A stretch of 64,000 nucleotides of DNA from an uncultured Methanolobus sp. Lineage in GTDB: Archaea; Halobacteriota; Methanosarcinia; Methanosarcinales; Methanosarcinaceae. Location of the stretch: positions 1,280,001 through 1,344,000 of the forward strand of contig OY776215.1 of the NCBI GenBank assembly GCA_963675495.1, given 5' to 3'. Under the pieces are notes generated by a model. The model did no database searches. It had not been told where the DNA came from and worked only from the letters and a program-made list of their open reading frames with translations. Each line of letters starts with the position of its first letter. The first letter of the stretch is position 1. A program made the translations under genes and the position numbers. Shown here one piece after another: positions 50,396-59,747 of the stretch.

Positions 50396-51202
50396 ATGAC
50401 CCCCTATGATTACGTCCACGGTTACTCCGAAAGAGAATCAGTCCGCCTCTGTGACCAGGCAAATACACTGGAAGAGCTCCTGCACAGCGATACAAAATAC
50501 CCGCCAAACAGCAAAGTGCTTGAAGCCGGATGCGGCATTGGTGCACAGACGGTAATCCTCTCAAAAAATAGCCCTCAGGCACAGATAACATCTATAGACA
50601 TATCCGAGGACTCCCTGAACAAAGCCAAAGAACGTGCCGCCAAAGAGGGAGTCAAGAATGTAGAGTTCCGCGTGGAAAGTATTTTTCACCTCCCCTTTGA
50701 GGATGAGAGCTTCGACCACATTTTCGTCTGCTTTGTGCTCGAACACCTAAATGAACCGGTTCGGGCTCTTGCAAACCTGCGCAGAGTACTCCGCAAAGGC
50801 GGCACCATCACGGTCATCGAAGGAGACCACGGCTCATGTTTCTTCCACCCCGAAACAGAGGACGCAGTAAAAGCCTGGAACAGCCTTGTTGAAGTTCAGG
50901 CAAGACTTGACGGAAATTCACTCATCGGCAGGCAGATCTATCCGCTTATCAAAAAAGCAGGCTTCACTGACATTGCAGTCTCACCCCGCATGGCCTACAG
51001 CGATTCCAGTAGACCGCACATGGAAGAAGGTTTTGTGAGAAAGACCATCATTCCTATGGTTGAAGGTATCAGGGAAAGTGCGATTGAGATGGGAATTATT
51101 GATGCGGAGACTTTTGACAGGGGAATTGAGGATCTGCACAGGACGGCAGAGGAGTACGGGACTTTTAATTATATGTTCTTTAAGGGTGTGGGGAGGAAAT
51201 AA
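50396..51202 (+). CDS. Class I SAM-dependent methyltransferase
   Basis: VLEAGCGIG, LPFEDESFD, FVLEH, LRKGG. ATG 50396 preferred. Confidence 0.9.
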   Translation: MTPYDYVHGYSERESVRLCDQANTLEELLHSDTKYPPNSKVLEAGCGIGAQTVILSKNSPQAQITSIDISEDSLNKAKERAAKEGVKNVEFRVESIFHLPFEDESFDHIFVCFVLEHLNEPVRALANLRRVLRKGGTITVIEGDHGSCFFHPETEDAVKAWNSLVEVQARLDGNSLIGRQIYPLIKKAGFTDIAVSPRMAYSDSSRPHMEEGFVRKTIIPMVEGIRESAIEMGIIDAETFDRGIEDLHRTAEEYGTFNYMFFKGVGRK

Positions 51203-51250
51203 ATAATAGATAAGTTTTCCTATATTATGATGCATTTCTAAGTACATTAT

Positions 51251-52090
51251 TTAAAAATGATTTCTTTCGCTATTTATCCATAACTCCTCGAATTTATCAT
51301 GGAGTTCTTTTGACATCGAGGTATCGTATATTTTGACCATTCCAAGTATTTTGTCCAAATAGACAGGGTCATTGATTTCCAATATAACCAGTTGTTTGTC
51401 AATTAATACAAATTTATGCGGAGTATCCAGATATCTTATCTCCAGATATTTGGAAATTTTTTGAGACATCATATCATTTTCCGCAGATTCGTGCAATTGC
51501 TTTAGTGATGTCGATAAAACTGGATTTGGATCGATTATTCTGATTCTTATTCCTTTCTCTACAAGAGGTAAAAGGCTTTCTTTGAACATTGAAGAAAACA
51601 TATCTTTAAATTGTTCAGATTCCATTGATTTGATCCTTCTTGGAACACTAATACATAGTTCTGTTTTTGCCCCATGAAAAACCTGCTTGAACAATTTCAT
51701 GACTTCATCAGTTCCCATTGCAGCTGACCAAAAATATTTCTCCTCTTTAATCTGACATTTATAGTGAGACAGTTTATCCTCAAGATCATCTATCGTCGCC
51801 CGAAATGTATGTAGTTCCCTATTGACTTCATTTTCTTTTCGAAGATAAAAATCATCAAATGCAATCTTTGCATCCACTGCCCTGTATTTCTTAGGTCTTG
51901 AATGCTGGACTTCAATAAACCCCATATTTTCTAGGTTTTCCAGAACAGCATAGACCTTACCCATGGGTATCTTTGATATTTTAGATAATTCTGCAGCGGC
52001 TATAAACCCTTCTTTCAATATAGTCAGATATGCAGTAGCTTCATATTTATTAAGACCTAGATTTCTTAGTAACTGTTCACTTTCCATCAT
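51251..52090 (-). CDS. TrmB family transcriptional regulator
   Basis: LGL.KYEA.AYL, S.IP..KVY.VL..L...G, RPKKY, C-terminal PLD-like HKF..ID. Confidence 0.88.
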   Translation of the reverse strand: MMESEQLLRNLGLNKYEATAYLTILKEGFIAAAELSKISKIPMGKVYAVLENLENMGFIEVQHSRPKKYRAVDAKIAFDDFYLRKENEVNRELHTFRATIDDLEDKLSHYKCQIKEEKYFWSAAMGTDEVMKLFKQVFHGAKTELCISVPRRIKSMESEQFKDMFSSMFKESLLPLVEKGIRIRIIDPNPVLSTSLKQLHESAENDMMSQKISKYLEIRYLDTPHKFVLIDKQLVILEINDPVYLDKILGMVKIYDTSMSKELHDKFEELWINSERNHF

Positions 52091-52129
52091 TTAACACTTC
52101 CATGGTTTATTATAGAGTGAAATCCCTAA

Positions 52130-52157
52130 ATATAAACAACTCATATGTTGTTTATAT
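52130..52157. promoter_or_regulatory. 11-bp inverted repeat carrying back-to-back TATA boxes (bidirectional promoter/operator)
   Basis: ATATAAACAAC-tcatat-GTTGTTTATAT between the divergent trmB and COG1361 operon. Confidence 0.6.
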
Positions 52158-52285
52158 AAATTATGTGAGCATGGGACCTACTCAGAACCTACCCGTCTTT
52201 TATATAAAAATAAAAAAAACTAATAATAAATTAATGACAGATATATTAAGAGAAGGTGTTCTCAAATTAATAGAAGGTGTCCTCA

Positions 52286-53458
52286 ATGAGACTAAATATA
52301 CAAAATATCAGTGTATTCATGATAATTCTATTGTTGATAGGAATTAGTACCTCAATGACCTGTTCTGCAGCTGTCAATGGCGTTGAAATAAACACTATGG
52401 AAGTAACACCCCAGCCAGCAGAGCCAGGAAATGATGTAACTCTTAAAATAAGGGTCACCAACCAGGGTGTGGAAAGCATAGAGGACTTTTCACTGAAAAT
52501 AGATGTGACCTACCCTTTTTACCTGAAAAGCGAAAGTAAGAATTTCGAGAACAAGAGAATATTAAACATTGGATCATCGGTGGATAACACCTATTATTTG
52601 ACCATTGACCCAAATGCAACTTCTGGAATCTATCCGGTGAAGTTCGATGTTCACGTCAATGATGTGATCCTGAACCCATCTGATAACAATGTCTATATAC
52701 AGATCATAGGTAAACCTGACCTCACGGTAAAAGCCGATGCTATTGACAAAATATCTCCGGGAGATACATTCCCATTGCAGCTATCGGTGAGTAATATTGG
52801 TACCGGAATGGCGAATAATATAAAGATCAGTTCTGAATCTGAGAGTATTCTGATGCTTGGTTCTAACGTTGAACTGATCAACAGGATAATGCCGGCAGAA
52901 ACATCACAGGTTAAGTTCGATCTTATTATAAGGAATGATCTAGAACCCGATGCATACCAGTTTCCTGTTAAGCTCAAATACATTGATGAGATGGGAACTA
53001 ACTACACGTTGACCTACAACATCGGTCTCAACATACTGAATAATGCGGAGGTTGGTATCCAGAGTATAAAGATAACTCCAACTCAGGTCACACCTCTGGA
53101 TGAGGTCCATATTGTGGGTATCATCGAGAATACAGGGAACGGCGATGCAAAGCAGGTTGTTGTGGACCTGATAACTGAAGATGGGGAACATAAGTCCTTT
53201 ATAGGACAGCTTAAAACCGATGACGATGCACCATTTTATTTTGATATTAAGCCCGGATCTGCAGGTAAGAAGAACTTCAACCTCACCATCTCCTATACCG
53301 ATGATTTTGGTTCACATGAAGTTGAGCAGACAATACCGCTTCAGGTCAGCAGACCAAAAACCAACGTAGCCTTGGCCATTGCACTTATAATTATCATTGC
53401 CCTGCCCGTGGCTTATTTCATCATCAGGAAGAGGCGGAATGAGAATGGACAAAAATGA
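52286..53458 (+). CDS. COG1361 S-layer-domain surface protein
   Basis: Signal peptide, PQPAEPG.DVTL.I.V.N.G repeats, C-terminal TM plus RKRR. Confidence 0.8.
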   Translation: MRLNIQNISVFMIILLLIGISTSMTCSAAVNGVEINTMEVTPQPAEPGNDVTLKIRVTNQGVESIEDFSLKIDVTYPFYLKSESKNFENKRILNIGSSVDNTYYLTIDPNATSGIYPVKFDVHVNDVILNPSDNNVYIQIIGKPDLTVKADAIDKISPGDTFPLQLSVSNIGTGMANNIKISSESESILMLGSNVELINRIMPAETSQVKFDLIIRNDLEPDAYQFPVKLKYIDEMGTNYTLTYNIGLNILNNAEVGIQSIKITPTQVTPLDEVHIVGIIENTGNGDAKQVVVDLITEDGEHKSFIGQLKTDDDAPFYFDIKPGSAGKKNFNLTISYTDDFGSHEVEQTIPLQVSRPKTNVALAIALIIIIALPVAYFIIRKRRNENGQK

Positions 53459-54647
53459 CCTTAAAGTAATGATTTTTCTGGCATACAAGAATCTTACCAA
53501 AAGCAAAATCACCTTCATGGTCATTGTTGCTGTAATGGCAATGAGTTTTCTTTCCATTACTTTTTTTGCATCGATCATTGATGGTCTTGGATACGAATTT
53601 GAAGAAGGGATGATAAGAGGACAGACCGGACACCTCATGATCGAACCCCAAGAAGATGAACTGTATATTTCCAATTCAAAAGACCTTGTGAAAGACATCA
53701 GAAGGATTCCGGAGGTTGCTGGTGTTGCGCGAAGACTGGATGCCAGCGCAGTGGCAAGGCATGAAAATATAGAAATAGGAAACCCAGTTCTTTTTATAGA
53801 GCCTGAAAATGAGAAAGATGTCTCAGATTACTGGAACAGTGTCCTTGTAGGAGAGTATCTTTCAAAAAAAGACACTGATGAACTGATAATAGGCGCGGAT
53901 CTGGTAGAGTCCTATGCAGAAGAAGATGACACTCAAAAAAGGTTTGGTGTGGATGTTGGCGATAAGATCACATTAAGTTTTAGCAACGGATTTGTAAAAG
54001 AGTATAGAATAAAAGGCATATATAAAACAGGATCACGTTTTGTGGATGACAAGATAATAATCAATTTTGATCAGTATCAGACCATATTCGGGTCCACAGA
54101 TGATATTGCATCTAACATCATAATAGCACTCCCGGAAAGAGGCGTTGAAGAATTATATACAAGGGACCTGATCGACCTTGGTGTTAGTGATCAGATCAAT
54201 AAATGGCAGACAAAGATGGGAGCTGTGAACCAGTTTGTGGGAAGTCTTCAGATAACGAACCAGATAACCGGTACTATAGGACTGCTTACTGCTTTTGCAA
54301 CGATATATATCATCATATTCATCAATGTCACAAATAAAAGAAAACAGATAGGTATACTCAAAGCTGTAGGTATCAAAAAAGAGATAATCCTGGGATCATA
54401 TGTCCTCCAGTCACTAGCCTATGGCATTACAGGGGTTATAATTGGAAATCTGGTAATGCAAGTATTACTGTTGCTTCTATCAATTCATCCACTGAGCATG
54501 CCCATTGGGCCTGTGGTCCCTATATTGACAAATGAGAGGCTTCTGACCACCAGTGCCACGCTTATAATGGCATCCATAGTAGCCGGGTTTTTCCCGTCCC
54601 GAAAAGCTGCAGATGAGAACATACTGGATGCGATATTTGGAGGATGA
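53439..54647 (+). CDS. ABC transporter permease, MacB/FtsX/LolE family
   Basis: LA.KNL start, large extracellular loop, KQIGILKAVG, FPSRKAA. Confidence 0.88.
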   Translation: MRMDKNDLKVMIFLAYKNLTKSKITFMVIVAVMAMSFLSITFFASIIDGLGYEFEEGMIRGQTGHLMIEPQEDELYISNSKDLVKDIRRIPEVAGVARRLDASAVARHENIEIGNPVLFIEPENEKDVSDYWNSVLVGEYLSKKDTDELIIGADLVESYAEEDDTQKRFGVDVGDKITLSFSNGFVKEYRIKGIYKTGSRFVDDKIIINFDQYQTIFGSTDDIASNIIIALPERGVEELYTRDLIDLGVSDQINKWQTKMGAVNQFVGSLQITNQITGTIGLLTAFATIYIIIFINVTNKRKQIGILKAVGIKKEIILGSYVLQSLAYGITGVIIGNLVMQVLLLLLSIHPLSMPIGPVVPILTNERLLTTSATLIMASIVAGFFPSRKAADENILDAIFGG

Positions 54648-55336
54648 ACATGGAAAGAACGATCATCAGAACAGAGAATCTTGAAAGGGTCTATATTTCA
54701 GGTGCAGTTAAAACGTACGCTCTTGTGGACATCAGTCTTGAGATAAAAGAAAGTGAGTTTGTTGCCATCATGGGAAAAAGTGGAAGCGGAAAAAGCACAT
54801 TGTTGCACCAGTTAGGACTTCTGGATAAGCCTACTAAGGGAAGTATAAACATAGATGGACATGATGTCATCAATATTTCTGAAAAGGAGAGGACAAGATT
54901 TCGGCTTGATGAACTGGGTTATGTTTTCCAGTCATATAATTTGATACCTGAACTGACTGCCATAGAGAACGTATATATCACGCCCATGGCAAGGAATTTG
55001 AAAAAAGAGGAATATGAGAACGTGGCAGAAGAGATCCTTACGGCTGTGGGACTTGGAGACCGTATGCATCATTACCCATCTGAACTTTCCGGGGGACAAC
55101 AGCAGAGAGTGTCCATTGCAAGGGCACTGGTAAATAAGCCAAAGATACTTTTTGCAGATGAACCCACAGCAAATCTTGATTCTGCATCCTCGGAAGATGT
55201 TATCAATCTGTTCCGAAAATTCAACCAGGAGATAGGCCAGACCATAGTAATGGTAACCCATGAGCTCGAGGAAGGAGAGAAGGCAGACAGGATCATCTGG
55301 GTCAAGGATGGATTACTTGATCCGGGAAAACAGTAG
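54644..55336 (+). CDS. ABC transporter ATP-binding protein, LolD/MacB type
   Basis: GKSGSGKST, LSGGQQQR, DEPTANLD. Confidence 0.92.
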   Translation: MNMERTIIRTENLERVYISGAVKTYALVDISLEIKESEFVAIMGKSGSGKSTLLHQLGLLDKPTKGSINIDGHDVINISEKERTRFRLDELGYVFQSYNLIPELTAIENVYITPMARNLKKEEYENVAEEILTAVGLGDRMHHYPSELSGGQQQRVSIARALVNKPKILFADEPTANLDSASSEDVINLFRKFNQEIGQTIVMVTHELEEGEKADRIIWVKDGLLDPGKQ

Positions 55337-55450
55337 AGTATTTGGCAACAAAAAGCCTTGATTAAAAATATATGGGTTTCATGCAACCACAATATAATGG
55401 ATTTTTTATAATATACAAAGTGCGTGGGATTAAGAACACCAATTTTCATC

Positions 55451-56128
55451 TCAATATTTCTTCCCCACAATCACAAATCCATTCACCCGTTTCCCAGTCC
55501 TTGTCACAAACTCATCATTCTTGAAATACTCCACCTCAAACCCGTTCTCGATCAGCAAAAAAACAAGCTCCTTCTCAGTAAAATGATGAGCAATATAAGC
55601 AAGCTCCCCGGTCTTCTCATCATAAGCAATAATCGAACCCTCCTCTTTTGTCACGGCCAAGTCATTGATGTACCGCTCACGATAGAGCTTCGAATGCCAG
55701 GTCTGTCCGAAATCAGCGATATAGAGGTGGCCATGTGGTTTCAGCACCCTGCACGCTTCCCGGATTATTCTGGCACGGTCATCTTTTGAGACTACAGTGG
55801 TCAGGAATGCCTGCATTACTGCAATATCGAAACTTGCATTAGCAAAGGGGAGAGTTGTGGCATTGCCTTTGACAAATAATGGGATTTGCGGGCAATTCTG
55901 TGATTTAGAAGAGGACTTTGCCATACTCAGAACTTCAGTGTTGACGTCAACACCGGTTAGCGAATAGCCATGCAATGCCAAGGGAATACTTACTTTTCCG
56001 TTGGCACAACCGATGTCAAGGATACGGCAGGCAGGAGATGTATATTTGTAGATTATCGGGTCAAGCTCAATTGTTGTCGGGATGTTCTTGCCCTCTATTT
56101 TTGACCATGAAGATGAGTGGCTTTCCAT
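55451..56128 (-). CDS. Class I SAM-dependent methyltransferase
   Basis: ILDIGCANG, LPFANASFD, RVLKP.G. Confidence 0.88.
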   Translation of the reverse strand: MESHSSSWSKIEGKNIPTTIELDPIIYKYTSPACRILDIGCANGKVSIPLALHGYSLTGVDVNTEVLSMAKSSSKSQNCPQIPLFVKGNATTLPFANASFDIAVMQAFLTTVVSKDDRARIIREACRVLKPHGHLYIADFGQTWHSKLYRERYINDLAVTKEEGSIIAYDEKTGELAYIAHHFTEKELVFLLIENGFEVEYFKNDEFVTRTGKRVNGFVIVGKKY

Positions 56129-56262
56129 TAGACAGACTCCGTAATAGTTAGCTCCTTAACTCATTATAATTGACCTGAAAACTATTTGAATGTCTGGTAC
56201 AGAAAATAACAACCTACCTTGAAACAAACGTTTTATTATGTTAACAGTGAGAAGTATATAAC

Positions 56263-56637
56263 ATGACCAGACTCGATGAAATTTGCATCTCCAGAACAAG
56301 ATGCATTATCTATACTATTCTCCTGTTTATCCTTGCAGGTATTCTTGAGATTGGAGGCGGATATCTTATATGGCTCTGGATACGGGAGAACAAAGATATG
56401 AGCTTTGCACTTCTCGGGGCTGTAACTTTGTTCCTTTACGGCATCGTTCCGACCTTTCAACCCTCGCATTTCCACAGGATATACGCCACATACGGAGGCA
56501 TATTTGTGGTAATGTCACTGCTTTGGGGATGGGTGTTTGACAAAATACCACCGGATACCTATGACATCATAGGCTGTTCTGTCATCCTCGTTGGCGTGGG
56601 AATCATTTACTACTGGCCCAGGGAAGGTGAAGAATAA
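56263..56637 (+). CDS. YnfA/UPF0060 family SMR-like transporter (copy 1)
   Basis: EIGGGYL.WLW.RE, YGIVPT.Q, R.YA.YGGIF. Confidence 0.88.
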   Translation: MTRLDEICISRTRCIIYTILLFILAGILEIGGGYLIWLWIRENKDMSFALLGAVTLFLYGIVPTFQPSHFHRIYATYGGIFVVMSLLWGWVFDKIPPDTYDIIGCSVILVGVGIIYYWPREGEE

Positions 56638-56981
56638 TGAACGAAGGACTGGTTTCATTTACACTGGTATCCCTCGGACTCTTCTTCTTGGCCGCCCTCT
56701 TTGAGATCGGCGGAGGATATCTCGTATGGTTATGGTTGAGGGAAAAGAAAGGCATATGGATAGGACTACTTGGAGGACTTGTACTTGCAGTCTACGGAAT
56801 CATACCCACTTTTCAGCCCGCACATTTCGGAAGGGTATATGCTGCGTACGGCGGAATATTCATAGTCTCCTCACTTATCTGGGGGAAGTTCGTGGATAGG
56901 ACAGAGGCGGACAGATATGAGATAATTGGCGCTCTGATAGCACTTATAGGCGTATTCATCATGTTTTACATTCCGAGGTAA
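56637..56981 (+). CDS. YnfA/UPF0060 family SMR-like transporter (copy 2)
   Basis: EIGGGYLVWLWLRE, FGRVYAAYGGIF; TAATG overlap with copy 1. Confidence 0.9.
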   Translation: MNEGLVSFTLVSLGLFFLAALFEIGGGYLVWLWLREKKGIWIGLLGGLVLAVYGIIPTFQPAHFGRVYAAYGGIFIVSSLIWGKFVDRTEADRYEIIGALIALIGVFIMFYIPR

Positions 56982-57103
56982 GCTTTGGACTGCTCAAACA
57001 TTCTAAGGCAACCTACCAGTAAGGACTAAAACTGCAAGTCACTGGAAAGAGAGATACTAACTGGTACAAATATAGATCATTGGCAATAACTACGAGACAA
57101 ATA

Positions 57104-57442
57104 TTAATTTTCTGGATCAGGGCCAGACGGTTTCTTCTGACCCAGTGTCCGCTCAGCCTCACATCTGCACTCCTTCATAATAGGTTCAGGAATTAGTTTC
57201 ATTGCCAGCAGGAAGCCCAGGGGAATGAGGATAATATCATCAACTTGACCAATAATGGGAATGAAATCAGGGATCAGATCGATAGGGCTTAGAGCATAAA
57301 TAGCAACACCACCTGCAAGTACTCTGGTGTACAAAGGCAGATCAGGTCTTTTGCTTGCCAAAGAAAGAGTCTTTGTATGTAGCTGCACCTTGTAGAACTT
57401 ATTCTTCAATAAAGTCTTAGCTGCTATTTTTACAATACCCAT
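57104..57442 (-). CDS. YkvA / DUF1232 family membrane protein
   Basis: YALSPIDLIPDFIP.IG..DD motif. Confidence 0.9.
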   Translation of the reverse strand: MGIVKIAAKTLLKNKFYKVQLHTKTLSLASKRPDLPLYTRVLAGGVAIYALSPIDLIPDFIPIIGQVDDIILIPLGFLLAMKLIPEPIMKECRCEAERTLGQKKPSGPDPEN

Positions 57443-57770
57443 CTGATAGAACCTCAGGAAAATGAACTTATTAATGACTATGTTGTTTGCTCATATATTT
57501 TTAGCGACATACTTCCAATAAATTAGTATGACAAAAACACAGAGAAAAATAAAGTTATAGTTCACAAGCATATGTGTGACCATTCTATCGTAAACTTGTT
57601 TTTGTCTTAAGGCCAACTAGTAAAACACCCTATAATATCTAAATGGAATTGGTGTTAGTTCGTATTCAACATCCCATAGGCAATTATCTGATCATTCCAG
57701 GTATCTACAAACTAAACCATGTAAGCTTCAAATGCAGAATTGAAAAATAAAAAATAAAAAAAAGGAATGA

Positions 57771-58619
57771 TCAGATCATTTTTCTTGGTTGCTTGTGCTC
57801 AGGAAGTGCAGGTAAAGGCATTGTATTGATAAGAATCGGACTCTCTACCTCCTTTGCACGTTCAAGCAGAAGTTCTTTGCCTTTTTGGCTCACTGCAAAC
57901 AAGGGGACAGCAGTTCCAACCTGTGCAAGAGGCTTGATAACATCTCTTATAGGCTTTGATGCACAACCTGTGATGATATCAACATAATTAATGAGTTCAA
58001 GTGCATCTTCTCTGCTAAGACCGGTGGTATGCGCACCTATTATTGTAAGGTCCAGCTCAAGTCCGGCTTCCATTTCACGAAGTTTCTTTGCAGTATTTGG
58101 GTCAACTGCAGAAACTGCAATTCTCCTGTAACCAAGCTGAGATGCCTTCTCCACACCAGCTACCGGGTCGATAATTGCAGAAGATGGGTCAAGGATAACT
58201 CCTCCTCGCTCAGTGATCCCATTGATAATTCCATCAATAGGCTCGGTCTCTACAAGTCCTGACATTCTGGCGCCCATTCCCTGAACAAGGGTTGGGTTAT
58301 TGGTGATAACGGTTCCTGCCCCTTCACAAACGGTTACTGTTGTATCAAGAAGGTCCCTTCGAAGACCGCTCATCATAATCTCTGATGCCCCAAATCCAAC
58401 AAATACCTCATGCTCCAGTATCCTATTATCCGTGAACATCCCAAAATCCTTGATGCGAAATTCCATGTTTTCCCTGACCGCATCTTTTGTTACTTTTTTT
58501 ATTCCACGCATTTTGTCAAATAAAGGACACCAATCTATCTGAGGCTCCCCTACTTCTACTACTTTACCATCTTCTACAACAACTCTTGTCTTTCCTAAAA
58601 GTTCCATTACATGAGGCAT
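57771..58619 (-). CDS. Methanogenesis marker protein 8 (DUF2099)
   Basis: H.ME.LGKTRVV, CPLF, GASE, VCEGAGTV, LVQG.G.R.SGL, CASK. Confidence 0.88.
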   Translation of the reverse strand: MPHVMELLGKTRVVVEDGKVVEVGEPQIDWCPLFDKMRGIKKVTKDAVRENMEFRIKDFGMFTDNRILEHEVFVGFGASEIMMSGLRRDLLDTTVTVCEGAGTVITNNPTLVQGMGARMSGLVETEPIDGIINGITERGGVILDPSSAIIDPVAGVEKASQLGYRRIAVSAVDPNTAKKLREMEAGLELDLTIIGAHTTGLSREDALELINYVDIITGCASKPIRDVIKPLAQVGTAVPLFAVSQKGKELLLERAKEVESPILINTMPLPALPEHKQPRKMI

Positions 58620-58668
58620 ATTCTTCACCATTAAATATTATATATTATGTGATTTTTGAAGTTATAAT

Positions 58669-59106
58669 TCAATTAGCATCATCCAGCATGTCGGATGCGT
58701 TCATGTGCATTATTTCAATCAATTTCAAAATCTCTTTTCTCTGATCAACGTCAAATTTGGATAAAAGGTTCTCTTCCCATTTAGTAAATATCCTAATCAT
58801 TTCAGGTTCGATTGCCTTTCCTTTCTCCGTCAGAAAAATAAGATATGAACGCCTGTCGTTTTCGTCGATCTGCCTTAGAACATAACCATCATCGACTAAT
58901 TTTTTTATCGTTCTTGTGATTGTGGTCTTATCCACTTTTATCGTCTGTGCGAGTAATCCCTGAGTAATACCATCCATCTTGAAAAGGGGCATCAAAATAC
59001 GGAGTTGTGCGCCTCCAAAACCGTAAGGTTCCAGTTCTTTATCGTAGTATCTACGAGCATATCTGTCAAGATATGAAATGTGTTTTCCAACGAATTCAGT
59101 ATACAC
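58669..59106 (-). CDS. MarR family transcriptional regulator
   Basis: Q..LA....DKTTITR..K.L...GY, D.DRR, LTEKG. Confidence 0.92.
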   Translation of the reverse strand: MYTEFVGKHISYLDRYARRYYDKELEPYGFGGAQLRILMPLFKMDGITQGLLAQTIKVDKTTITRTIKKLVDDGYVLRQIDENDRRSYLIFLTEKGKAIEPEMIRIFTKWEENLLSKFDVDQRKEILKLIEIMHMNASDMLDDAN

Positions 59107-59143
59107 AGCCGTATGCTCCTTTTAATAGATTATTTAAACTTTG

Positions 59144-59185
59144 ATAGTTGTATGTGCAACTTAAAATAGTTGTAGATAAAACCAT
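59144..59185. promoter_or_regulatory. Tandem MarR-type operator boxes
   Basis: AGTTG-N6-CAACT (59146-59161) and imperfect AGTTG-N6-AAACC (59168-59183), 22 bp apart, upstream of marR. Confidence 0.6.
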
Positions 59186-59456
59186 AATGATATAGCTAAC
59201 GATGAAGCCAGAAATCCATTAACTTAAGAAAAAACCACTCTGTAGAATCCTCAAACAATTAAACTACACAATTTGACATATCTGCCAGGATTGTGTCTGA
59301 ATATCAAGCATTTTATGGTTTCAATGATTACGTGCGTTAACGGTCAAATAAATCTAAAATCAGTTTCTTTAACCAACATTTTTAATATAATCATTTGCTT
59401 TTCTAACACTTAAATATCTATACATATTACTCTATTTCAAATTCGAGGAACTTACG

Positions 59457-59738
59457 ATGATCACTAAAGAAGAAGTAGAACACGTAGGCTGGCTCGCACG
59501 TATCGAGATCGATGAAAAGGAATCCGATGCTTACGCGCAGAAGCTCAACTCCGTGCTGGACTATTTCGGACAGCTCGACGAGGTTGATACCGAAGATGTG
59601 CCACCTACATACCATGTTGCAGACATTATGAACGTATTCAGGGAAGATGTTGTCAAGCCATCCATGTCACAGGAAGACGTGCTTGCAAACACAGAGAACA
59701 AGCAGGAAGGCAATTTCAAAGCCCCAAGGATCATGTGA
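59457..59738 (+). CDS. gatC: Asp/Glu-tRNA amidotransferase subunit C
   Basis: LARI, L.EVDT.DV.P, RED, FKAP.I; first gene of the operon. Confidence 0.94.
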   Translation: MITKEEVEHVGWLARIEIDEKESDAYAQKLNSVLDYFGQLDEVDTEDVPPTYHVADIMNVFREDVVKPSMSQEDVLANTENKQEGNFKAPRIM

Positions 59739-59747
59739 GGTGTGCAA

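Noticed and set aside
52102-52347. 81-aa ORF over the trmB/COG1361 spacer, and similarly 23993..24283
   Set aside because: Both span AT-rich promoter DNA and overlap real genes in other frames.
23241-55336. Pyrrolysine (TAG) read-through at TAG-ending genes (HARP 23241, tmk 33583, Dsr-LP 45465, ABC ATPase 55336)
   Set aside because: Each protein is already full-length for its family, and another in-frame stop follows within 1-25 codons with no protein-like extension.
57530-57606. 10-bp inverted repeat GACAAAAACA/TGTTTTTGTC
   Set aside because: Low-complexity A/T arms with no clear promoter-terminator frame, unlike the 8125-8228 element.
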